DNA from: Geosiphon pyriformis uo1 | Taxonomy: Eukaryota > Fungi > Glomeromycota | Length of the DNA stretch: 64,000 nucleotides | Assembly (NCBI GenBank): GCA_016748015.1 | Contig: JAAOMT010000760.1 | Span: 420,219-484,218 of the forward strand | Direction: 5' to 3' | In this document: positions 48,531 through 59,400 of the stretch, piece after piece | How positions within the stretch are numbered: position 1 is the first letter of the stretch | Layout of the letters: every line of letters starts with the position of its first letter | The notes under the pieces: model-generated | Databases searched by the model: none | Told to the model about the DNA's origin: nothing | The model's input: only the letters and a program-made list of their open reading frames with translations | Position numbers and translations under genes: made by a program

Positions 48531-51500
48531 TCTGGCATGATACCTTTGCCATTATCACTGAACCATTTAAGTTCCTGTTTCTTGGTGAGGTCAGGAAGTG
48601 TGATAAATGTTTTGGAGTTTGAATCAGAGTTTAAATCTGAGTTACAATTGTTGTTATTTTGAACAGAGCTAGAACTATTATTTTCATTGTCATTATTGTC
48701 GGAGTTTGAATTGAGATTGAAATTTGATTCTGATTCTGATGCACAGCTGCTGATTGGTTTATCTTCTTCTGAGATCATGTAGATCATGCATGGTGGTGGA
48801 TTGTAAATGAGGTCACACTTATTACAATACCGAAAGTCACATGGAATCAAATAATGGTCACATAGTTGAGTGTTGATTTCTTCTAACTGTTGCTCTTGTT
48901 CCTTTCTAATGGGTGCTAATTCTTAATAGTGTTCATGGAATTGTTCTGGATCTAGTAAATTTATGACTGGTTTTGGGTCTCAGTCAAGTTCTATGGGTTC
49001 CAGTGGATTATTTTTAATTGTTTTTATTTCTTTTAATGATGCTTCTTCGATTTTGGCAAGTTTCATTCACCAGATTTTATCATCATTGTGTAAACATCCA
49101 TCCAGATATTTGATGGTTCATCTCCAGACAGTGTCTATGGGCATTCTCTTTCTCACCCAGTCACTTATGAAAATCATGTACTGACATGATTTGTCACACA
49201 TCCCTCTTCATCTAGGAATGTTGTTCCACATTTCTTTGTCAAAAAGAGTTTCTTTACAAGCCAAGCAGAGTTCATTATCCCATTTTCTTACTTGTTTTGG
49301 TCATCTAAAACGTTCTATGACACATGGGCAGCAGTAAAACTTTGTTGCCATTTGGTATTCCTTATTGTCACCACAGCATGCACCCATTAATGACAATTTC
49401 TTGCCACAATCAACGCATATCAGTTTTGGGCAGTGATAAGTGGATTGTTGGAGTGTAGTGTAAAAATTATAAGTGGTGTTATTGGGTGTTGGTTCTTCTT
49501 CTTTCCCTTTCTCTTTTCTTTTTTTATTTTCTTGCCATTCTCACTTTATTAGCTCTTTCTGGTTGTCATTGGTTTCCCATGCTTGGTCAAAATTCCAGGT
49601 AGGTTCTTCTCTTTTTTTTTCTTTTCTTTCCTGTTATTGTCGTCCCACGAAGGTATTGGCGGCAGCTCATTGTATTCTGTGTCAGCCCAGGAAACTTGGT
49701 AGGCTTCTTAGGTAGATTTCTTTTCCTCTTCTTCGAATTTAACAAGTGGTGTTGATGGCATGATGATAGGCTTAAAGTGGCCACATGTGGCTGGTACTCG
49801 CATGTGTTGGCTGTTTTGGCTGATTTGCAACTCTTGAGTGGTCCAGTCAAGCATTGCATTTGTTTTGGACAGTCAGTCGTTACTGACTAAAGCTTAATAT
49901 TGGATGGCTTTCATAACTAATATTCTAATTGGTATAGTTATGCCATTGATTTTTATTGGCAAATTATCTATTTCGCCAATTGAAGTCTTGGTGGCTCCAT
50001 TAGCTGTAATTATTCTTGTACTGGTGGCTCAATCAACTCGGCGACCTAATTGGTTCATGAATTGTCTTGTGATAATGCTGCCAGCTGATCTACTGTCTAG
50101 AATCAGTTTGATGAAATGGCCATCAATCTTGGCATTGGTGTACATTGCTGTGATTGGTTTTTCTTCTAGTGCAGCTCCACTGAACAAGGGTGTAGGTATT
50201 AGTTTTTCAAGTTTGAATAGAAAAATAGCTGCTAAAAATTCATCATTGGTGATGGTTGCTGATGGGATGTTGCTGGTAAGTGGCTGCTGTTGGTTGGGTT
50301 CCCAGTTGTTGGGTGAGGCGTCTTCTGAAGTAACCAGAAGACTTAAATATTGTTGGGCATTCAGGTTTTGGAAGTACCCAGTGCCCAAATTCCATTGTCG
50401 AGGTCCTGATGGTTGGTTCGAAAAACTGGAGATCAGTTGATGAACTACTATTGACAATCTTCAGCTTTATTGTGTCAGTCTTGGCCTTTGAGTTCCGTTT
50501 TGAGGTAAGTTCTGTGGTGGTGTTTGAATTTGGTGGGGTTGATAAGTTACTTGGAGCTGTGACTAATATATGAGTTGGGACTGCAGTTAATAGATAACAG
50601 GTGTTGTTGGTTGATAGATTGGAGGTTGATAAATCTGCAGCTGTATCATAGATATGTAATTTGGTTGATATATTGCTGAAGATAATTAATAGTTTGGAGT
50701 TTGAAACTGGTAATCGGGGTTTCAATATTAATTTCCTGATTGTGAGTTATTATTATAAAATCAGCAGTCGGCTCTAATGTGGCCTTGTTTACCACAGTTA
50801 TGGCAAACACACATCTCTTGTTGCCATTGCTAATTTGATAATGATGGATGTGACTGATTTTGGAAACAATTTATGTTTTCTGAATTATTGTGTTGTTGTG
50901 GTAATTAATAAATTGCATAATTGTCAGCTAAGTATTCTTCCAATTTCTGATTAATCGAATCACTGAATTGCTTCAATTTGGAATCCAATTCAGATGATTC
51001 ATTCATCACTAGATTAATGGCTTGGGCATAACTTGCTTCGAGTTCTGCTGATTCAAAATCTCTTGCATTGGTAACTGCATCCTGGAGAGTTTGTGGGTGC
51101 ATTGGGTGTACTTATTGGAGTAGACTACTGCACAGTCTACAAATGAACTGATTTAGAATCTGTGGCGCTGTAAAATAGTCAGCTTGGATTGCTTGGATTT
51201 GGGGCAAATTTCTGTGGAAATGTCCTAAGTAAATGGTAACTGCTTCAGTTTCTCCCTGTTTAATTGTGGTGAAGGTGTTGGCTAAGCAATTAATGCTGTT
51301 ATTATTGCTGAAATATCACAAGAATGCAGTTTTGAATTCCTGGAATGTTTGCAGTTTAATGACTAAACTCTGATATCACGAGTTAGCAGTATCCTGTAGA
51401 AAATAGGGAATTGCTTAAAGGGCTTTGTTGTTATTCCATCCATTGACTGCAATGGCTTTTTCCACATTATTGAGCCATACTTGGGCATCATTTTTTTTGC

Positions 51501-52434
51501 CAGTAAATTTCTCAATTTTAGTAATTGGAGTGTAAGCCATTGGTTGTTGTTGTGGTTGCTACTGAATTTGTAATTGGAGTAATGATTGTGACTGTTATTG
51601 CTGTTCAGTATTTGGTAGCACTAGTGGTGAATTGATCATGATTACTGGAGATAAGTGTTAATTAATTATGTCGGAATTTTGATTATTCTGATCTTTCAGA
51701 ATTTGATTAACTGGGGTTTTAATTTCTGAATTTTTTATGATTGGGTTTTGCTTATTAACTTCCTGATCACTATTCTCTTCTTCCTCAGAGTTGGTTATCT
51801 CCCAAGGACTAACAGCTCCAAAATCTGGTTGTGGTAGTGGTAATCAAATTCCTGAGAGCATTGGGAATTGTGATTTAAATCCCTCAAAATAATCACTGTA
51901 TGTTCCTAATAACTCTTCTTTCTTTTGTTTACTTTGGAATGGGATTTGGTTTAGGGGCATTGTCACACTTATTTTAGCTGTGTTTATTATATTGATAGTA
52001 CTTCCAGGTGTGTGGTGATATGATAGATTAACAGATAAATCAAATCTTTGTTTCTTCCAAGTGGGTAATTGGATTTGCTTTGGTGTTCTTACTGGTGTTT
52101 GTAATTTTCCTTTTTTTTTGTCAGCAAAAGTGATGGGAAATCTCTGTTTGGTGTATTTTTCAATTTCTTGGTTTATTTTTGTAATTAGGGGTGTAAATAG
52201 GTAGTTTTGTGGAAGGGTAGTGCTTTGGAACAATTCACTAAAGAAGTTGTTGAAAGCAGATTCTGGATTTCCTTGGCCTCCCAAGTGATATACTATTCTT
52301 TTATTGACATAGCAATTGAAAGCTGATTCTGTTGGTCAACTATTATTTGTTAATCCAAGATGGGTATGATAGTGTTAGAATAAGAATTTTGCAAATCTTA
52401 AATGGTTTGTTCTTATTTCTTTGGATTCTGCCAC
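48531..52434 (-). pseudogene. gag-PR-Cys-rich part of the F polyprotein
   Basis: ORFs 51844-52284 and 50905-51102 (gag), knuckle at ~50780, 50029-50457 (protease KLILDSRSAGSII), and Cys clusters at 48790-49440. Confidence 0.92.
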
Positions 52435-52497
52435 TGTTTGAATGATTGTTGTTGGTGCTAGTTCTCTGTAAGATTATACCTTACAGGAAGCACCAAA

Positions 52498-53358
52498 TGT
52501 TACAGATAATTATTTGGAGTCTCAAGTCAAATAACAAATCTGTAACTTGGTGCTTAGTTGGTATCCTGGTATTGATATCTGAAGGTTTTGTTGTGAAGTT
52601 TTTTGTATAATGGACAGAGATTTAATTGATAGTTTTATTCATAGCCTTCCAAAACCGTAGTTTTATCAAATTTTTTTCTCAGCATAGTGGTCAATAATCC
52701 TTCTGGTAAGCTATCCTCAATTCTATGAGTGTTCTACTCTTGTTTCACAGGTCTTTTACCAGTTACTATGATGTCTGTATCTCAGTGCTTTAATCTTCAA
52801 TCAATTAGTATACAACAATAAATCAAAGAAAAAAAAGAAAGTAAAAGAAAAGAAAATAAAGAAATGAGCCAAGACAATGTACAAGTTAGTATTCCATCAA
52901 TAGCCATGATCAAGGGCTATTGTTCTAGTGGGGTTAAGTATCAATTACTATCAACATAAAGTGTTAATAGTGGAGAGTGAATTGAAATAGTGAATAATTA
53001 TTTATTGATATTTGTGATGTAGAAGGTTTCTAACTAATAAATTCTGTTCTTTCTACTTCTAATGCTACTGCTATATATACATATTTGATGTTCTATGAGA
53101 TCACTCACATTTTCAAGTAATGTGCTATGATTACTTGAGCAATGCTCACATTGCTGAGCAATGTGTCCTAATTTTCTAATATTGCTTCATATTGTTGAAT
53201 AATGTGCCGTGTTTTCTGATATTGCTCTATATTGCTGAGCAATGTGCCGTGATTTTTGTTATTGCTCTACATTGCTGAGCAATGTGCTCATGTGCTACAT
53301 ACTATTCACTTATTGGTCTACTATTTCTCTATATCTGTTTTTTTTTTTATAAGTAACA
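52498..53358 (-). repeat. 5' LTR of element F
   Basis: Adjoined by the reverse complement of the PBS (CAGGAAGCACCAAA); TGTTACA…AAGTAACA termini. Confidence 0.93.
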
Positions 53359-53362
53359 ATGA

Positions 53363-53752
53363 AAAGTTGCTAATAACATCCAAAAGTCTCAAGAGAAGCA
53401 AAAAGAATAACATAATAACCAATTACCAGATAAACCAGTTGAATTCAAGATTGGAGACAAAGTACTCTTACATCATACCAAAGTGGAAAAACAATGGAGT
53501 GAAAAATTTGACCCCAAATGGGATGGACCATTTCACATAGAAAAAATTCTTAGAAATGGAGCTTATAAATTAAGATGAGACAATAAAATCTTAGCCAAAG
53601 CAGCACATAGTGATCAACTGAAACCATATCACCAAATAGCATCATCATCCACCAATAACATTCCACAATTGGGAGTATAATGAATACTAGTCCAACCAGA
53701 TGAGATTCCATGAGATCTAGAACCAATCATAATCATTGGACCAAACACATAA
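53363..53752 (+). pseudogene. Integrase C-terminus of element E (GPY/F module, no recognisable chromodomain)
   Basis: FKIGDKVLL…KFDPKWDGPFHIEKILRNGAYKL…QLKPY. Confidence 0.85.
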
Positions 53753-53812
53753 AATCAAACAATAAAAGAGTATATAAAAAATACAGTATACATGACAAAA
53801 GCAACCAAGAAA

Positions 53813-54448
53813 ATGGAAATACCAGATCATATTTACATCATAGCTCAACAATTATTCCAGGCTTTAAGTCAACAACTGTTAGACATGGAAATTATTGTTA
53901 ACAACTAAACAATTTGTTATCGAAACACCAAAGGAAAGAAAAAAAATGTACCATATCAGTAGGTACCAAAGAATGATAAAAACTGGTCAAATAACATAAT
54001 AGAAAAAATAAAGAACACTTTTGGGAAAATATCTATTATGGCACCAATAGAAGAGCTTACAAAAGAAAATTGGAAGCAATGGACAGAATAACTTCTAATA
54101 TCATATTACTACTACCAGTTAAGTCAAAAGTTGAATATTCAGGAGTTGTATATCGACAAATCCAAGAGAATATTCAACCAAAACATAATACAACAAGTGG
54201 AAAAATTCATCAGAAAGAAAACAAATTCAACACTACATATTAAAACAATGTACTGACTATACAACATATTTCGGAATTATTCAGAAATACTGTTACACTC
54301 TAACATGAAAACCATAACCATTAACCAATGGGAGAGAATGAACAATACACAAGTAAAAGACGTGAAAAACAGAGTTAAACAAACAATGCTTGAAAAAAAA
54401 GTATTAGAATTAATTCAAAACAAGAATTTTGATGGAGCTCAATATTAA
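53813..54448 (+). pseudogene. ORF3 of element E (~211 codons, unknown function)
   Basis: MEIPDHIYIIAQQLFQ…YYYQLSQKL…KTMY*LYNIF…FDGAQY*. One frame with 4 internal stops, at least 3 of them explicable by a single C>T. Confidence 0.85.
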
Positions 54449-54461
54449 AAGAAGAAGATAA

Positions 54462-55363
54462 TGTTACTCATAAAAAGAAAACAGATATAGGAAAAAAATG
54501 GACCAATAAGAGGGCAGTAATTAGCATGTAAGCATATTGTTCAGCAATGTAAAGCAATGTCAGAAATCAGGACACATTGCTTAACAATGTGAAGCAATGT
54601 CAGAAATCATGGCATATTGCTCAGCAATGTGGAGCAATGTTAAGAAAATATGGCACATTGTTCAGTAAGGTAAGCATTGCTGGAAAAATTATAACACATT
54701 GCTTAAGAATGTGAGCAATCTTGTAGAACCCAAATTATGTATATATAGTGGTAGCATTAGAAGTAGAAAAGACAGAATTCTTTAGTTAAAGACTTCTTAG
54801 TTAGATTTCATTTAAAAAAACTTTTCAATTTACAATCATTGAATAAATAATTATTTTCATATCTTAATTTACTCTTTACTATCAACACTTTATGTTAATA
54901 ATAACTGCTACTTAATTACACTGGACCAATAGCTCTTGATCATGGCTATTAATAAGATACTAACTTATTTATCACCTTGGCTTATTTTTTTTATTTCATT
55001 TCCTTTTCATTCCCTTTTATTTTGTTGTTATCACTAACTCTGTAAAGAGAATTATCACACGGAGGTACTGATATCAGGATATAGCACTGGTAAAAGATCC
55101 AGAAATAAGGATAGGATACTCGATTGAGAATAGCTTATCAGGAGGAATACTGGCCATCAAGCTGAAAAAGAAATTGACAAAACTGCGGTTTTGGAAAGTT
55201 ACAGATAAAACTATTATTACTGAATCTTTGTCTATTATACAAAAGACTCAACCAAAACCTTCAGATAAACACACCTTCAGATTTCTAATATCGAAGACAG
55301 CTTTGAGCACCACATTATAGGTCTTGTTACTCACTCCAACACCCCAAGTACTTATCTGTAACA
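54462..55363 (+). repeat. 3' LTR of element E
   Basis: Follows PPT AAAAGAAGAAGATAA; TGTTACT…TGTAACA termini. Confidence 0.93.
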
Positions 55364-55367
55364 CCAG

Positions 55368-55962
55368 ACTATTTTTGACATCAATTTAATCAGTGTTTAA
55401 TTTCTCAAATTAATTAGTAAATTACAACAAAAGAAATAGAAAAAAAAAGAAAAATAAAATAAAGAAAATAAGCCAAAACAAAAAAAAATTAGTATTTTGT
55501 TAATAGCCATGATCAAAAGCTATTGGTCTAGTATAATTAAGTAATGGCAAGTATTAACATGAATTGTTAATAATAAATAGATAGATGATAATAATAATAA
55601 GTATTTTATTGATGTTTGATGTTTCTATTTCAAGTCATAGAATACTATTGTATGAAAAAATAGAAGAGAATTTAAATTGGAGATTCTAATCTAAAAATTC
55701 TGTTCTTTTTGCTTCTAATACTATTACTATATATACATAAATTTTATTATACAAAATTTCTAATTTTTTAGCCAGGAATTCTGCAATTCTTTAAAAGAAA
55801 TCCTGAAATTCTAAAATTTTGTAATTTCTTATATTAGAATTCTATAATTCTGGAATTTTGCAATTTCTCTAAAAAAAATTCTGGAATTCCACTTTTACTG
55901 TGTCTTATTTTGATTGGTTAATTTGTATACTAATATATAATTCCTATATTCTATAAGTAATA
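55368..55962 (-). repeat. 5' LTR of element C, remaining part
   Basis: Colinear with ~15326-15935; followed by TSD ATAG. Confidence 0.9.
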
Positions 55963-56423
55963 ATAGTTAATTATATAATATTAATAATTAATATATATAA
56001 TAATTAATAAAACCTATAGTTTTTAATTATAAAATTGGTTTTTAAATAAATAAATTTAAGCAGTAATAATTTAAAAATATATTTGGTTTTCAAGATAAAT
56101 TTTTATTAAATTAATTTGTAAAAAAGATAAAATATTTTAATTAAGATATATTTTCTTAAAAAAAATGTTTTTCTTTTATAAAACTTATTATATAATCTAA
56201 TACTTTTTTTCTAATATTTTAGTAAATTAAAAATATATTGTTAAATTATAAATTATTTCTATAAACTATTAATTATTTTAGTAAACTGTTAAATATTTTA
56301 AATATTTTAATGAGCAAAGTCCAAATACTGCCTAGTAACAATACATCAAAAAAATGATCTATACTAGATGTGAATCATGTTTTTTCTATACGTGACTAGC
56401 CACTCAAGCCAACTAAGACTATG

Positions 56424-59400
56424 CTATACACTCACATACACAGAAACCAAATTACCTATACCTGAAAAAACTGACAAAAACTGTACAATTCAAAACTAAT
56501 ACCAAATACATAATTAATACCAAGCAACCTAATTACATAGGCCAAAAGTATTAACATACTACCAGACACAGAGACAGGGATCAAACCATTGTGAGAGATC
56601 AGACTGTGTTTTTTTATAAAAGCTCAATGTTTGGAATGGACCAGCCAAATATTATTTTTAAAAGACAAGCTCAAACTACAAACAAATTCAACCACCTTAT
56701 CAGATGCAGTTTTAGAGTTATCAAAACAGAAAGCGGCCTCCTGGTACCAATTTATGAGCACAAAACCTTTGTACAGTAAAGCAACCAGTTCCAAATCAGT
56801 CAAACAATTAGATAACATTTGTAACACATGAGAGGAGGCATAGAATAAACCAGAAACAACTCTCCAAGTAAAAGCAAAATCAATGAACAATTGAAGCTGA
56901 GCAGTTGCATCAAATACACAAAAGAAAGCATGGTCCAACACTTCAACATTATCACAATACAGGCACACCACACTGGGATAATGTTTATCATAAAGGCATT
57001 TGTGAACAGCAACAGGCAGTTTATGATATAAAGCTTTCATAAAATAGGAATGGAAGCCAGCAAAGTAATGACTCATAAAGCCAGCAGTCATGTGAGAATT
57101 AGGATGCCAAACAAGAGACAATTTAGACCAATCAACATTCGTAAGCAAATGACTGTTCACAATCTTGGCACCAGAGCCTAATTCTCAACATGCACGATGG
57201 ATAGACCAAAAAACATCACAAACAAAATGTTTAGAGTTTTCAGAAACAATACTGCCATTAGTTAGAACAAAACATTTCTTGAGCTGGGGAGAGAGGAGCC
57301 AGTCTGAATGGAAAGAGACACCAGCAAGTGAGTTAGTCTGAACATTACCCAAAATGCCTAAGTGTTTTTTAACCTTATACCAGTCAACATTCAAATTTTT
57401 TTTATGTATAATGCCAGTGATGTGTTGATATTTAACTCAGCATTTGTTCCAGAAGTCTGAAGCCAATAACAATAATTCAGCTTTACATGCTATTACTAGA
57501 GGTTTTTGGGTCTCTTTTCTTGAATGTTGTAAATGTCTGTTGGTTGGAAATTTACATTTTTTAGAAGTAATTGAACCTCCAATAACTGAATTTATCTTCA
57601 AATTATTTCCTATAATTTGAATCACTGGGCTTATAAGTGGAATGGCCAATTCTGTGCCAGTTACTTTATGTAGTTACATTATAGTAAATGTCAACTCTTT
57701 CCCAGGAATTGCTCGTCTGGAAGCTCACTAAAATATGTAGTTTCTTTGCTGTAAAAGTCAACTCTTCTACAGGAATTCTCGTCTATAGGCTACCCTAATG
57801 ATTATAATAATAAAATAAAAAAAAAGAAAAGAAAAAAAGAAAAAAAATGTAAAAGAAATGTAAAAGAAATTGAATTCTGTTAAGAAAAACATTTTCTATC
57901 TAGACCTGGAGTTACTAACAGTTTACTGAAATTGGTAGCTAATCAATTTCAAAATGTTAATTGGGTTTTGGGGATTTTCCAAGTGCAATAATTAAAGAAT
58001 TTGGTTTTTTAAATTATTTGATATTTATTTCTTTTTGTGTGTATAGGAATGGTTCTAAGTAATAAATCTAAAGTAAGATACATTTTTTCAAAAAAAAAAG
58101 CTTTTTTTTTATACAAATTGTCATAACACTATTTTGTGAACTTGAACTTTGCTATTTTCTACAATTTCACTGAACTAAAGATACATTTCAACAAACTACA
58201 AGTTATTTTTGTGAACTATTAAATATTTCGGTGAACTATCAATTATTTCAGCAAATTTCTACAAATTTCAGCAAACTTTTGAATGTTACATATTTCAGGG
58301 TATTGTATAATTGATCATCACACTTAGGTTACATTTGTGTTATGTACAAATTGAGTTATTAATTAAATGATAATTTCGAACATTTTGCTAATGTAATAAG
58401 TGATAATTTGAACCAATAATATATGCTAATTAATGATAAGAATGAAGATAATTTTATGCTAAATAATATTTTTAATTTTGTTTAGTAACAATGCATCCAA
58501 AGCAGCTTGGCTGTCAGAGAATAGACAGACTGAACTTGAACTAGACACACACTTAAGAGCCAATACAATGGCTTGAAGCTCCATTAATGTAGAAGATATT
58601 ATGCCAGTTACCTCCACCCCAAGCCCTAAGTTAATGTTCTCAAAGAACACAGCAGTACCAGCTTTCATATTAATATTCCCCAGGCCACAAAAGGAACCAT
58701 CCGTGTACACAGAAAAGCCAAAAGCACCACTGCCAGACAATTGATTATGCACTGTTCTAAACTCATGAAATTCAAGAATATTTTTTGCAGCAGTATCATT
58801 TGGAGGTAAAAAGCAGACATCAAGAAAACCAAAATCATGAAGATACTGAATGGCAGCAACAAACCAGACAGAAACAGGGCCACATGGGTCAAGTCTCTTC
58901 CATTGCTTAAAAGTCTTTCAGTCAAAAACAGCACCATTATGGCACTGAAGCTGCTCAACAAAAGTAATTCCATAATGACAAAAAGAGAGAAGACATCTGA
59001 AATACATTAACTTACCAAGAACATCAGATAAAGGAGTTCCACACCAGAAGCAAAAAACATTACACATAAGATTGCCTAGAGATAAACCAGAACTGAGAAA
59101 AACCCAAACCACACCTGCCAAAAAGTTGTTTAAAGGATTAACACTAATGCAAACTGAAGAGCACAAGGAATATACAGAACACCAACTCAAGACCTGCAAG
59201 TCATATGACCTATGCTTGAACAATTGGCTCAAAATCCCAACAGAGTTGGTAAAACACACCACAGCAGCAACTTTGCCTTTGGCTTGAATCTGTTCAAAAG
59301 TCTTTAAGCCATAAAATAAGGAATAGTGCAAAACATCATTAAGAAAGTCTAGAGGCAGACCTGATTTCAATTTCAGGCCCTTTCAAATTAAAATATTCCA

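Larger units (their letters stand above)
35451..53358 (-). mobile_element. Ty3/gypsy element F (structurally complete, decayed), inserted in the integrase of E
   Basis: LTRs 35451-36209 and 52498-53358; TSD ATGA at 35447-35450 and 53359-53362. Confidence 0.94.
30394..55363 (+). mobile_element. Ty3/gypsy element E (internally deleted: lacks Cys-rich, dUTPase, RT and most of RNase H), inserted in the 5' LTR of C
   Basis: LTRs 30394-31216 and 54462-55363; TSD CCAG at 30390-30393 and 55364-55367. Confidence 0.93.
15032..55962 (-). mobile_element. Ty3/gypsy element C (outermost nest member; contains D, E, F, G)
   Basis: LTR 15032-15935 matches the split LTR 30101-30393 + 55368-55962. TSD ATAG at 15028-15031 and 55963-55966. 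Confidence 0.9.

Noticed and set aside
49904-50440. Various opposite-strand ORFs over TE coding regions (e.g. 40114-40416, 43441-43728, 46459-46674)
   Set aside because: Antisense shadows of protease, dUTPase and RT.
53600-53752. Chromodomain at the integrase C-terminus
   Set aside because: The sequence after the GPF module is short and lacks the aromatic-cage pattern.
53813-54448. ORF3 as an env gene
   Set aside because: Too short; no signal peptide, furin/fusion segment or transmembrane helix is visible.
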